Shown here in pieces: positions 10,168 through 18,871 of a DNA stretch of 64,000 bases (the first letter of the stretch is position 1; each line of letters begins with the position of its first letter). The notes under the pieces are model-generated. The model saw only the letters and a program-made list of their open reading frames with translations. It ran no database searches and was not told the DNA's origin. Made by a program: the position numbers and the translations under genes. This DNA is from Micavibrio sp. (GTDB taxonomy: Bacteria > Pseudomonadota > Alphaproteobacteria > Micavibrionales > Micavibrionaceae), in NCBI GenBank assembly GCA_002695035.1, contig NZNU01000075.1:20462-84461 (forward strand), read 5' to 3'.

Positions 10168-10241
10168 TGGAGGCACGGGCCGGAATCGAACCGGCGTACA
10201 AGGATTTGCAGTCCTCTGCATGACCATTCTGCCACCGCGCC
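10168..10241 (-). tRNA. tRNA-Cys (anticodon GCA), CCA encoded
   Basis: Reverse-complement cloverleaf: acceptor GGCGCGG/CCGTGCC, anticodon stem GAGGA/TCCTT with loop CTGCAAA, T arm GCCGG-TTCGATT-CCGGC, terminal TCCA. Confidence 0.9.
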
Positions 10242-10361
10242 TTAAAACCACAATGTTCGATTTAGCACTGTTTGAATTTTTAATCAATATCTCTTCTCAA
10301 GAAAGCCTTGATACAGTAAAAGGGTATCAGAATAAATTACAAAATTTAAAAGGCAGAAGGA

Positions 10362-11021
10362 ATGGATTCTTACAAATACAGAGAAATGATGGTTCTTGGA
10401 CAGATAGAGACTGCAGGTGTTACGAACCAGTCCATACTCAACAGCTTTCGCGAAATTCCCCGTGAAATATTTGCTCCTCATTTAAGCCCTGCAGTTGCAT
10501 ATCGTGATGAGGACTGCTCGATCGGCCTAAACAGAATTTTGATGGAGCCTGCCGTACAAGCCAGGCTGATACAAGCACTGGATGTAAAGCCCTCCGATGT
10601 TGTCCTTGATGTAGGTGGTGCCACCGGATACAGTTCCGCCTTATTTTCCAGACTAGCAACAACTGTTGTAATGATTGAAGATAATGCAGAATTACAAACA
10701 CAGGCAGAACAAAACCTTTTGCAGCTTGATGCGTCCAACGTGGTTGTTTTCTCAGGCCTGTTGACCAAAGGCTGCCCGCTGCATGCCCCTTTCGATGTTG
10801 TGTTTATAAACGGGGCATGCGCTCACATACCCGAAGCGTTGGTAGACCAGCTTTCCCCAGGTGGGCGTTTGGCATGTGTCCTCCAAGAAAGGCGTGAGAA
10901 TATGGGTAAAGCCACTCTATTTTCGAAAAATGAAGACGGTGTTGTCTCAAGAAAAGCACTTTTTGATGCAAACATACCTTATATGGACGGATTCGCGCCT
11001 GAACCGGCTTTTGTTTTGTAA
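10362..11021 (+). CDS. pcm: Protein-L-isoaspartate O-methyltransferase
   Basis: SAM motif VLDVGGATGYSSALFSRLA. The length is right, and pcm lies next to DUF2497 in many alphaproteobacteria. Confidence 0.8.
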   Translation: MDSYKYREMMVLGQIETAGVTNQSILNSFREIPREIFAPHLSPAVAYRDEDCSIGLNRILMEPAVQARLIQALDVKPSDVVLDVGGATGYSSALFSRLATTVVMIEDNAELQTQAEQNLLQLDASNVVVFSGLLTKGCPLHAPFDVVFINGACAHIPEALVDQLSPGGRLACVLQERRENMGKATLFSKNEDGVVSRKALFDANIPYMDGFAPEPAFVL

Positions 11022-11142
11022 TTTTTAATGTTTTCTATGTGGATTACATGAAAAGTCATAAATCCTGCTTTGACATGTAGGTTGCAATAAGCGAAACTAT
11101 CCCTTGATTTAGAAATACCATTTAAACACAGATATCTAGGAA

Positions 11143-11685
11143 ATGAGCGAACAGGATCAAGATCCCTCTATTGAAGAAATACTGGCTTCCATACGCCAGA
11201 TAATTTCTGATGATGACGAGGCCCCCGAGGAAAATGAGTCGGAGGACGAATCAGAAGACGAGGAAGGCGTTATTATTGAGGAGCCTGTTGAGGATGATAT
11301 CCCGGATGAGGAAGAGGGCGAGGATGATGACATTCTTGACCTGACAGAAGAAGTTCAAGAAGAGCCACCAGTTGAGGAAGACGAGATTTCCGTCGATATG
11401 GTCGAACACTATGAAGATGATAGTGACGAAGAAGAAATACTAACCGAAGACAATGACTCACAACTCTTCACCAATCTGGCAACAGAGGCAACAAGTGACG
11501 CCTTTCACAAGCTGGCCGAAAACGTGGCCATTTCCAGACAGGTTGGTAGAGTGACGCTCGAAGACATCACGCGTGATTTATTGCGCCCGATGCTGCGTCA
11601 ATGGATACATGAGAATATGCCGCAAATAGTTGAAAGGCTTGTTCAAAAAGAACTAGAGAAAATTGCGAAACAAAGCAGGGATTAA
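11143..11685 (+). CDS. popZ: PopZ-like polar organising protein (DUF2497)
   Basis: N-terminal SIEEILASIRQIISDD helix, a long E/D-rich linker, and a C-terminal DUF2497-type block LEDITRDLLRPMLRQWIHENMPQIVERLVQKELEKI. Confidence 0.75.
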   Translation: MSEQDQDPSIEEILASIRQIISDDDEAPEENESEDESEDEEGVIIEEPVEDDIPDEEEGEDDDILDLTEEVQEEPPVEEDEISVDMVEHYEDDSDEEEILTEDNDSQLFTNLATEATSDAFHKLAENVAISRQVGRVTLEDITRDLLRPMLRQWIHENMPQIVERLVQKELEKIAKQSRD

Positions 11686-11716
11686 TATCCTAGATTTGAT
11701 CCAATAGAGACCCAAT

Positions 11717-11750
11717 AAAAAAACCCGCTGATTAGCGGGTTTTTGTTTTT
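11717..11750. terminator. Bidirectional intrinsic terminator between popZ and rpmE
   Basis: AAAAAAA-CCCGC-TGATTA-GCGGG-TTTTTGTTTTTTT. Confidence 0.7.
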
Positions 11751-11987
11751 TTATTTGCCGTCCTTGGCGGAAGAAAGAAAAGATCCATAACGCTTTTCAA
11801 ATTTGGAAAGCTGTCCTTTCTCAACAACGCGACCTGTACCACCTTGCCATGCTGGGTGGGATAGGGGGTCAACATCAAGACGAAGCTCATCGCCTTCTTT
11901 GCCCCAAGTAGAGCGTGTCTCATAAGTCGTACCATCTGTCAAAACGACTTTAATGGTGTGGTAATTTGGATGTGTATCGGCTTTCAT
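11751..11987 (-). CDS. rpmE: 50S ribosomal protein L31
   Basis: [10 protein letters not shown]...[10 protein letters not shown] is a canonical L31. Confidence 0.95.
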   Translation of the reverse strand: MKADTHPNYHTIKVVLTDGTTYETRSTWGKEGDELRLDVDPLSHPAWQGGTGRVVEKGQLSKFEKRYGSFLSSAKDGK

Positions 11988-12017
11988 AATCTTCTCCGTA
12001 AACTCGAATTCGTTGTG

Positions 12018-12046
12018 GTTATAAATATATTGACCAAGGAATGCAA
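12018..12046 (-). promoter_or_regulatory. Putative sigma70 promoter for rpmE
   Basis: Minus strand reads TTGCAT-N17-TATAAC, about 30 nt upstream of the rpmE ATG, with GGAGAA as the SD. Confidence 0.35.
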
Positions 12047-12055
12047 GTAAAAACC

Positions 12056-12562
12056 TTACATTTCTTCTTGTTGATTACTTTCTTGCTGAGGCGCGTTGTC
12101 ATTAGCGCACGGGTTACGATCGCCATTGACGGGATAGGATGTAACAACACTGCTTCTATCTTCATTCAATACAACCCTGACATCCACGCCCTGAACGCTC
12201 TGTTCCGTTACGTAATAGCCGTTATCTTCCAGACGCCAGTCAGAGTTATCATTAGCCGCGATGTCTTTGGTCACCTGAATGATCTTCGCGCCCGACCAGT
12301 CCTTTGGAAACTCGCTTTTGCAAGGCTTATTCTGACCGTATAAATGACCGCCGCCATCTTCACTTCCATAAAGGATGTGCTGCTTGGTATCTGAAGTTAC
12401 CAGGTCTTTTTCAGGCGCACTGGCAAACCAGTCAAACTGATTTGCAGCAAATATTACCCCGAGAGCAATTAAGACCACTAGAGGAATCTGGAATTTTTCC
12501 TGTATAGAGAATTTTCTAAATTTCATAAGCCCAAAAATAAAGGATTCCTGCGCGAACAGCAA
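12056..12562 (-). CDS. Small membrane-anchored protein with EndoU-like (polymorphic-toxin type) nuclease domain
   Basis: N-terminal signal anchor (KFRKF...[15 protein letters not shown]). The C-terminal ~110 aa contains [46 protein letters not shown]. This matches the H..GGGH..K..FP..W pattern I associate with bacterial EndoU-type toxin domains. The start is uncertain (TTG at 12562 or ATG at 12526). Confidence 0.5.
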   Translation of the reverse strand: MLFAQESFIFGLMKFRKFSIQEKFQIPLVVLIALGVIFAANQFDWFASAPEKDLVTSDTKQHILYGSEDGGGHLYGQNKPCKSEFPKDWSGAKIIQVTKDIAANDNSDWRLEDNGYYVTEQSVQGVDVRVVLNEDRSSVVTSYPVNGDRNPCANDNAPQQESNQQEEM

Positions 12563-12595
12563 TCCTTTCTAAAAGATATAAAGATTTATTGCGTA

Positions 12596-12874
12596 TTAAA
12601 AACCCGCCGAAGGAGGTACAAAACTTTGCAAAACTTCGATCTGGCTGTCTTTTTTGTCTGGATTCTTAGAATATATGGATACGACTTCTTCTGCACTGTC
12701 CAGCTGTTGGACTAGCATTACATCACCACCATTTATGTTGGCACGCCCCCAAGCTGTATCTTCTGTAAAGCCGCGCTCCTGAAACAGCTCGGCAAACCCA
12801 GCAACGTTACCGTTAAACTCACCCACCAAGAAACAATGATCCAAAGGACAGTACTTTTCTGAAACATTCTGCAT
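12596..12874 (-). CDS. Hypothetical 92-aa protein, co-directional and upstream of the EndoU-like ORF
   Basis: Clean ATG ORF, acidic, with no TM segment or signal peptide. It is separated from fbaA by a terminator. No family recognised. Confidence 0.45.
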   Translation of the reverse strand: MQNVSEKYCPLDHCFLVGEFNGNVAGFAELFQERGFTEDTAWGRANINGGDVMLVQQLDSAEEVVSIYSKNPDKKDSQIEVLQSFVPPSAGF

Positions 12875-12917
12875 AATATCACACCTCCTTTAGCAATTTT
12901 ATTTCATTAATTATATA

Positions 12918-12957
12918 CAAAAAACCCTTAGCTATTGCAACAAAAAATAGCTAAGGG
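12918..12957 (-). terminator. Intrinsic terminator after fbaA
   Basis: Minus strand: an 11-12 bp stem CCCTTAGCTAT(T)/ATAGCTAAGGG followed by TTTTTTGTATATAA. Confidence 0.65.
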
Positions 12958-12996
12958 ACTGAAATATATGTTCTTAGAGAATGTTTCCCCGCAGAA

Positions 12997-14061
12997 TCAA
13001 TAAGAAGCGAGGCTTTTACCAGCGGATTTCAGGTCAGAAAACGCTTCATCTAGACGTTTTACCATTTCCTCTTCACCTAAACGCAGCCATTTCCGTGGGT
13101 CATAAGATTTTTTATATGGCTCCCCGCTATCAGGATCAATTTGATGCTTGAAAGCTTTTTCATTCGACGAGACATACTCCCCAACACCTTTTGCGAAAGC
13201 AAATTGAGTGTCTGTATCAATATTCATTTTAAACACACCATATTGAAGGGACTCTTCAATTTTAGCCTTATCGGAACCAGAGCCACCATGAAACACGAGA
13301 TCCAGAGGATTAGTCTGAGTGCCGTGCTTCTCCTGAACCAATGCTTGTGCATTTTTCAAAATTTCAGGACGTAGCTGCACATTTCCGGGTTTATAAACAC
13401 CATGAACATTTCCAAAAGACGCGGCTAGAGTAAAGTGCCCGACTTTTGAAAGTTTTTCATACGCTTTCAAACATTCCTCAGGCTGAGTATAAAGCTTATC
13501 ATTATCGATCTCATCTGAGCCGACACCGTCTTCCTCCCCACCGGTAACGCCCAGCTCAATTTCAATGCTCATCTCTAAACGAGCGGCGCGCTTTAGTATG
13601 CGCTCAGACTCCGTGATATTATAATCAAGCTCCTCTTCGGACAGATCCACCATATGGGAGGTGAAAAGAGGGTAGCCAAGTTCCTCATAATGGCGCTCAC
13701 CATAATCAATTAAGGATTCAACCCAAGGAACGAGCTTTTTATTGGCATGGTCTGTATGAAGAACGACACATATACCATAATGTTCAGCCAAAAGATGCAC
13801 ATGCCTTGCTGCGGAAACCGCACCTAAAACCTTCGCATCATAACTGTCCGGAAAACCTTTCCCCGCATAAAATTCAGCACCACCGTTAGAGAGCTGGATA
13901 ATCACATCAGATTTATTTTTGGCAGCGGCCTCCATAACGGCATTGATTGAGTTTGTGCCAACGACATTCACCGCCGGAAGAGCATATTTGCCTTCTTTAC
14001 AGGCCTTTATAAGTGTTTTGTAATCCTCGCCAAAAACGACGCCAGGTTCAAGATCAGTCAT
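12997..14061 (-). CDS. fbaA: Fructose-bisphosphate aldolase, class IIA
   Basis: The N-terminus ALPAVNVVGTNSINAVMEAAAKNKSDVIIQLSNGGAEFYAGKG closely parallels E. coli FbaA. Confidence 0.9.
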   Translation of the reverse strand: MTDLEPGVVFGEDYKTLIKACKEGKYALPAVNVVGTNSINAVMEAAAKNKSDVIIQLSNGGAEFYAGKGFPDSYDAKVLGAVSAARHVHLLAEHYGICVVLHTDHANKKLVPWVESLIDYGERHYEELGYPLFTSHMVDLSEEELDYNITESERILKRAARLEMSIEIELGVTGGEEDGVGSDEIDNDKLYTQPEECLKAYEKLSKVGHFTLAASFGNVHGVYKPGNVQLRPEILKNAQALVQEKHGTQTNPLDLVFHGGSGSDKAKIEESLQYGVFKMNIDTDTQFAFAKGVGEYVSSNEKAFKHQIDPDSGEPYKKSYDPRKWLRLGEEEMVKRLDEAFSDLKSAGKSLASY

Positions 14062-14098
14062 GTAATCTCCAATATATTTAGTTTATTGTCTTGGTTTA

Positions 14099-15112
14099 TC
14101 AGTAGCCGACTTTATGCATTTGTGCAGCAGTGTCCAACATGCGGTTGGAAAATCCCCATTCATTGTCGTACCACGTCATAATGCGGACGAATTTTTCATC
14201 TATAACCTTGGTACCTTCCAAAGAAAATATGGAGGAGTGGGGGTCGTGATTAAAGTCTGTAGATACTAAGGGTTCATCATATACTGACAATACACCTTTC
14301 AGTTCACCTCTTGAGGCTTCGCTAACTACTTTATTGATTTCTTCAGCGCTTGTTGCTTTTGAAGGCACAAATTTGAAATCGACAAGAGACACGTTTGCTG
14401 TCGGTACACGCACAGACACACCGTCCAGCTTTCCGTTAAGTTCAGGTAAAACCTTACCAACGGCCTTTGCAGCACCAGTGGATGTCGGGATCATATTAAG
14501 AGCCGCTGATCTCGCGCGATGTAAATCTTTATGCATCGTATCCACAATACGCTGGTCGCCTGTATAAGAGTGGATCGTCGTCATAAAACCATGATCAATT
14601 CCTATAGCCTTGTTAATTGCATAGGCAACAGGTGCCAGGCAGTTCGTCGTGCAAGAGGCGTTCGACACTATTTTATGTGCAGCACCTAATTTATCCGAAT
14701 TAACACCATATACGACTGTGATATCCTCATCCTTAGCAGGGGCAGATATAAGAACTTTTTTAGCGCCTGCCTTAAGGTGTTTTTCCGCATCGGCACGCTC
14801 TGTAAAACGTCCTGAGCATTCAAAGACTATATCTATATCCATGTCACCCCATGGGAGTTTTTCTGGATCAGGCTCACGTACTGACTCTATACTTTTCCCA
14901 TTAACTATAAAGGTATCTTTGTCATCACCACGAACTTCAAAAGGAAACCGGCCATGAACCGTGTCATATTTTAGTAAATGTGCATTGGTTTTAACGTCTG
15001 CCAGGTCATTAATTGCAACAAGATTGATATCGTCGCGCCCACTTTCAAAAAGCGCGCGACACACAAGACGACCTATACGTCCAAAACCGTTAATGGCAAC
15101 ATTTACACTCAT
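14099..15112 (-). CDS. gap: Glyceraldehyde-3-phosphate dehydrogenase
   Basis: INGFGRIGR Rossmann start and SNASCTTNCLAP active site. Confidence 0.95.
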   Translation of the reverse strand: MSVNVAINGFGRIGRLVCRALFESGRDDINLVAINDLADVKTNAHLLKYDTVHGRFPFEVRGDDKDTFIVNGKSIESVREPDPEKLPWGDMDIDIVFECSGRFTERADAEKHLKAGAKKVLISAPAKDEDITVVYGVNSDKLGAAHKIVSNASCTTNCLAPVAYAINKAIGIDHGFMTTIHSYTGDQRIVDTMHKDLHRARSAALNMIPTSTGAAKAVGKVLPELNGKLDGVSVRVPTANVSLVDFKFVPSKATSAEEINKVVSEASRGELKGVLSVYDEPLVSTDFNHDPHSSIFSLEGTKVIDEKFVRIMTWYDNEWGFSNRMLDTAAQMHKVGY

Positions 15113-15158
15113 GGATATCTCCTTTTATACTTAAATATTTATTGTTTCGGTTACGATT

Positions 15159-17171
15159 TTACTTAGTCCGTTTTTGAACGGCCTCAACAATAGCATCAGA
15201 TGTGATGCCGAAATGTTCGAAAAGCTGGTCAGCAGGAGCTGAATCACCAAATCCTGTCATTCCCACAAAGCCCCCATGTGCGCCGATGAGGGCATCCCAG
15301 CCCTGCCTTATAGCGGCCTCACATGCAACTTTTATAGATTTATTACAAGTGATTTCTTCTATGTAAGACCCATCCTGTTCAAAAAACAACTCCATACAAG
15401 GAACGGATACAACTCGCACGTTTTTGCCCAGCCTTTCAGCAGCCTCCATGGCGAGGTGCACTTCGGAGCCGCTCGCAAAAAGGGTTACACCAACTTCGCC
15501 ATCTGCTTCTTTCAAGATATAGGCACCGCGTGAAGATTTGTTTTCCTCTATATCGCTACGCAAAGTCGGCAATCCTTGGCGAGTAAGTGCCATAACCGAA
15601 GGTGCGCTCGTTTTGTTAATAGCCAGCTCCCAGCACTCAGCGGTTTCAATGCCATCACAAGGACGAAACGTATACAGGTTAGGTATGGCGCGAAGTGCAG
15701 CCAGATGTTCCACAGGTTGATGGGTAGGGCCATCTTCACCAAGCCCGATAGAGTCATGTGTCATTACATGAATGGCTTGTGTTTTCATTAACGCAGCCAG
15801 CCTAAGCGCAGGCCGGCAATAGTCAGCAAATTGCAGGAATGTTCCTGAATAGGGAATGATCCCGCCATATAGGCTCATACCGTTCATTATTGCAGCCATA
15901 CCATGTTCGCGCACACCATAATAAATATAGCGGCCCTGATATCCGTTTTTGGATGATATACCCTCCTCAAAGCCTTTGACACGGGTGTTATTAGAGCCTG
16001 TCAGATCAGCTGACCCTCCGATTAATTCTTTAATCTCAGGCACAAGATATTCCAAGACAGTTCCTGATGTCTGCCGAGTGGCCATTTTTGGTTTTTCCGA
16101 AAGGAAGTGATCTTTTGCCTCTTTAACAGAAGCACCAACCTTTTCTGATTTGTCCTTTTTTAAAGCCGCCTTGAAGACATCCTTATCCGCAGAGTTTTCT
16201 AAAGCTTTATTCCAGGCATCATATGTATCAGACCATCTTGCCCCGACCTCACGCCATGTGTTCAGAACTTCCGACGGAATTTCGAATGGTCCGGCTTCCC
16301 AGCCAAGATTTTTCCTTGCACCTGCGATCTCTTCATCACCAAGTGGGGAACCATGAGAAGAGGAACTGCCTTCTTTGGTTGGCGCACCAAAACCGATTTT
16401 GGTTTTACATGCTATTAATGAAGGCGTATCTGTTTTGCGGGCGTTTTCTATAGCTTTTTCGATTGCCGCATGGTCATGCCCGTCAATTTTCTGTGTGTCC
16501 CATCCATAAGCCTCGAAGCGCTTACAAACATCCTCAGAAAAGGACAGGGCTGTATCACCGTCAATTGAGATATTATTATCGTCATAAAGGACGATCAGTT
16601 TCGACAGTTTCTGGTGCCCGGCAAAGGAGCAAGCCTCATGGCTGATTCCTTCTTGCATGTCGCCATCGCTGGCCAGAACATATGTATAGTTGTCAACGAG
16701 CTCATCTCCGAACCGTGTATTCATGATGCGCTCGGCAAGTGCAAAACCAACTGAGGTAGAGATACCCTGCCCGAGAGGTCCTGTTGTCATTTCTATTCCA
16801 CAATCGACATCAACTTCTGGGTGACCAGGCGTTTTACTGTGTAACTGACGAAAGTTTTTAAGCTCATCCATCGTCATCTGTTTATAGCCGGTCAGATAAT
16901 TTAAACTGTAAAGCAGCATTGAACCATGACCTGCAGAATGAATAAAACGGTCACGGTTTTGCCAGTGCGGATCCTCAGGATTAAACTTTAAAAATTTCGT
17001 AAACAAGACTGTTGCTATGTCAGCAGTTCCCATCGGCATGCCCGGGTGCCCGCTATTGGCTTTTTGCACAGCATCCATTGCCAAGGCACGGATGGCATTA
17101 CTCATCATTTTCAAATCATAATTATCCTGGCTCGAAGCGGTTGCCTTTGAAACTGTAGCAGATGCACTCAT
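15159..17171 (-). CDS. tkt: Transketolase
   Basis: SGHPGMPMG, the GDG..EG TPP motif and THDSIGLGEDGPTHQPVE. Confidence 0.95.
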   Translation of the reverse strand: MSASATVSKATASSQDNYDLKMMSNAIRALAMDAVQKANSGHPGMPMGTADIATVLFTKFLKFNPEDPHWQNRDRFIHSAGHGSMLLYSLNYLTGYKQMTMDELKNFRQLHSKTPGHPEVDVDCGIEMTTGPLGQGISTSVGFALAERIMNTRFGDELVDNYTYVLASDGDMQEGISHEACSFAGHQKLSKLIVLYDDNNISIDGDTALSFSEDVCKRFEAYGWDTQKIDGHDHAAIEKAIENARKTDTPSLIACKTKIGFGAPTKEGSSSSHGSPLGDEEIAGARKNLGWEAGPFEIPSEVLNTWREVGARWSDTYDAWNKALENSADKDVFKAALKKDKSEKVGASVKEAKDHFLSEKPKMATRQTSGTVLEYLVPEIKELIGGSADLTGSNNTRVKGFEEGISSKNGYQGRYIYYGVREHGMAAIMNGMSLYGGIIPYSGTFLQFADYCRPALRLAALMKTQAIHVMTHDSIGLGEDGPTHQPVEHLAALRAIPNLYTFRPCDGIETAECWELAINKTSAPSVMALTRQGLPTLRSDIEENKSSRGAYILKEADGEVGVTLFASGSEVHLAMEAAERLGKNVRVVSVPCMELFFEQDGSYIEEITCNKSIKVACEAAIRQGWDALIGAHGGFVGMTGFGDSAPADQLFEHFGITSDAIVEAVQKRTK

Positions 17172-17363
17172 GTCTTCATCCTTATTAATAAATAGTCTGT
17201 GAAATAATGGCTGTCACTTTTGCACGAGGCACATGGGCAGTCAAGGCGTTGCACTCTTTTGCTCACAGCTGAAAAATAATTCTAACGCTTGACCTCAATC
17301 TTAAAAATCTGTTACATCAAAATACTTTATAAAATTTTGGTTACCAAAGGGATTAAGCAGTTT

Positions 17364-17597
17364 ATGGCTCTTGCGGATATAAAATCCTCGCTTGTTAAGC
17401 TTGATGAAGCGTTGAATGTATTGGAAGACAGTGTTGAGTCTTACAAGGCGTATGCCGAGTCAGGAAATGTCCAATACGATATGTTTGCCGTAGGAAACAA
17501 ATCTATGGCTGATGGTGATAAACAAAAATTCATCACCCAGATTGATACAATCATCGAAAAGACACAAAAAATTCTGGATATGGATGAGGCGCCCTGA
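17364..17597 (+). CDS. zauP: Small coiled-coil protein upstream of zapA (DUF4164 / ZauP-like)
   Basis: 77-aa helical protein. Its TGA overlaps the zapA ATG (ATGA-type junction at 17594-17599). This is the same position as ZauP/DUF4164 in alphaproteobacteria. The ATG at 17364 is preferred over the track's TTG at 17289. Confidence 0.55.
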   Translation: MALADIKSSLVKLDEALNVLEDSVESYKAYAESGNVQYDMFAVGNKSMADGDKQKFITQIDTIIEKTQKILDMDEAP

Positions 17598-18046
17598 TGG
17601 CACAGGTTTCAATAAACATTAATGGCCGGCAATACGGCATATCCTGCGATGACGGCCAAGAGCAGAGGGTTCGCGACCTCGCTACCTATATCAACGCCAG
17701 CGTAGGGGATATCGCCTCTGCAGGTGCCGCGCAAAACGAGGCTCATTTGCTTGTTCTTGCCGCGCTTGTTCTAACTGATGAGGTTTTTGAGCTTAAGGAA
17801 AAAAATAAAACCCTTAATACCGAAATTGAGCGCCTAACTGCAGAAAAAGACATCCCTGTGGTAACACCAGATTCAACAACAGATACTGTTGAACAAGAGC
17901 CAGAGGAAACGGACAAAATAGAAACGCCAGCCGAAATTATTTACCAGGGGCTTTCCCCGGAAGACGAGGCCACGATAAGAAAGGCTGTTGACCATTTGCG
18001 CAAACGTGTCGAAAAGTTAACACAAAGTCTGCAGGATGTGGCTTAA
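17597..18046 (+). CDS. zapA: Cell division protein ZapA
   Basis: MAQVSININGRQYGISCDDGQEQRVRDLA is a ZapA N-terminus, followed by a C-terminal coiled coil. Confidence 0.85.
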   Translation: MAQVSININGRQYGISCDDGQEQRVRDLATYINASVGDIASAGAAQNEAHLLVLAALVLTDEVFELKEKNKTLNTEIERLTAEKDIPVVTPDSTTDTVEQEPEETDKIETPAEIIYQGLSPEDEATIRKAVDHLRKRVEKLTQSLQDVA

Positions 18047-18079
18047 CTTTTAGATTAAACTGCACTATATAATTATAAT

Positions 18080-18255
18080 GCTGCTGCGGGGTGCGTGATA
18101 CACTCTAATCCCGGTGGCCGATAGCTATTCGCTAGGGAGCTGTCACTGGCAGGCGGAAGTGTTTTGCCGCCTCTTGACCTGTCAAACGGCACCCACCTGT
18201 TTTACAGGGCCTCACGCGGATAGAAAACGTACACGGCTCGCGCGGCAGCACTTTT
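18080..18255 (+). ncRNA. ssrS: 6S RNA candidate
   Basis: It occupies the conserved zapA-ssrS-5FCL slot. A TATAAT lies at 18068-18073. A ~175-nt irregular hairpin forms from nested helices: GCUGCUGCG/CGCGGCAGC (closing), CGUG/CACG, GGUGG/CCACC and AGGCGG/CCGCCU (apical). A U6 tract follows at 18252-18257. Confidence 0.7.
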
Positions 18256-18269
18256 TTGACGGTTACGAC

Positions 18270-18845
18270 ATGGACAGCAAAGATGACATTCGCCAATACG
18301 CCCTAAGGCACAGGGCCCGCATGGAGAACACTCCTGATTTGGAGGAGGCTGTATTTCGTAACTTTACAACCCAATTCTCACTTTCCACGCTTAAAGATAA
18401 AAATATAGGGCTTTATTGGCCAATGGGATATGAGCTTGATTGCTCTCTCATCATTGAACACCTTCTGAAAAACGGCATAGCTTTGTCTTTTCCTAAAGTT
18501 ACTGCAAATACGCGTTTACTTGAATTTTACCGTTGGAATGGCAAAGACAAAATGGTTACAGGTACAAAAGGAACGGTACATCCTCCACTAAAGGGGAAAT
18601 CACCTGTTTTACCGGACATTGTTATCACCCCATTAGTCGCATTTGACAGAAACTGTTACCGCTTGGGAAGAGGGGGCGGTTATTATGATGCAACCATCGC
18701 CCACTTGCGCCAGCAAAATAAATCGTTAATAGTCGCAGGGTTGGCTTTTGATACCCAGCTTTGCTTATTCCCTCTCCCTTGTGAGGCACATGATGAAAAA
18801 CTGGATATCATAATAACTCCCAATACAGTTTATAATTCAAATTAA
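18270..18845 (+). CDS. ygfA: 5-formyltetrahydrofolate cyclo-ligase
   Basis: RLGRGGGYYD motif. The 192-aa size is obtained only when starting at ATG 18270. The track ORF from 18114 reads through the 6S RNA region. Confidence 0.85.
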   Translation: MDSKDDIRQYALRHRARMENTPDLEEAVFRNFTTQFSLSTLKDKNIGLYWPMGYELDCSLIIEHLLKNGIALSFPKVTANTRLLEFYRWNGKDKMVTGTKGTVHPPLKGKSPVLPDIVITPLVAFDRNCYRLGRGGGYYDATIAHLRQQNKSLIVAGLAFDTQLCLFPLPCEAHDEKLDIIITPNTVYNSN

Positions 18846-18871
18846 TAAAACAATATAAGATATTATAATAA

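Noticed and set aside
6060-10241. The segment between tRNA-Asn and tRNA-Cys as a genomic island
   Set aside because: It contains the conserved housekeeping pair tldD/pmbA. There is no integrase, and I noticed no direct repeat of a tRNA 3' end. Only the HExxH gene looks foreign.
11143-11685. Extremely acidic low-complexity ORF that could be dismissed as non-coding or mistaken for a novel repeat protein
   Set aside because: The conserved N-terminal helix and the C-terminal DUF2497 block identify it as PopZ. The acidic linker is a known feature of that family.
18114-18269. N-terminal 52 codons of the 243-aa track ORF (MADSYSLGSCHWQAEVFCRLLTCQ...)
   Set aside because: The composition is implausible for a protein and bears no relation to 5-FCL. 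It coincides with the structured 6S RNA candidate. The real CDS most likely starts at ATG 18270.
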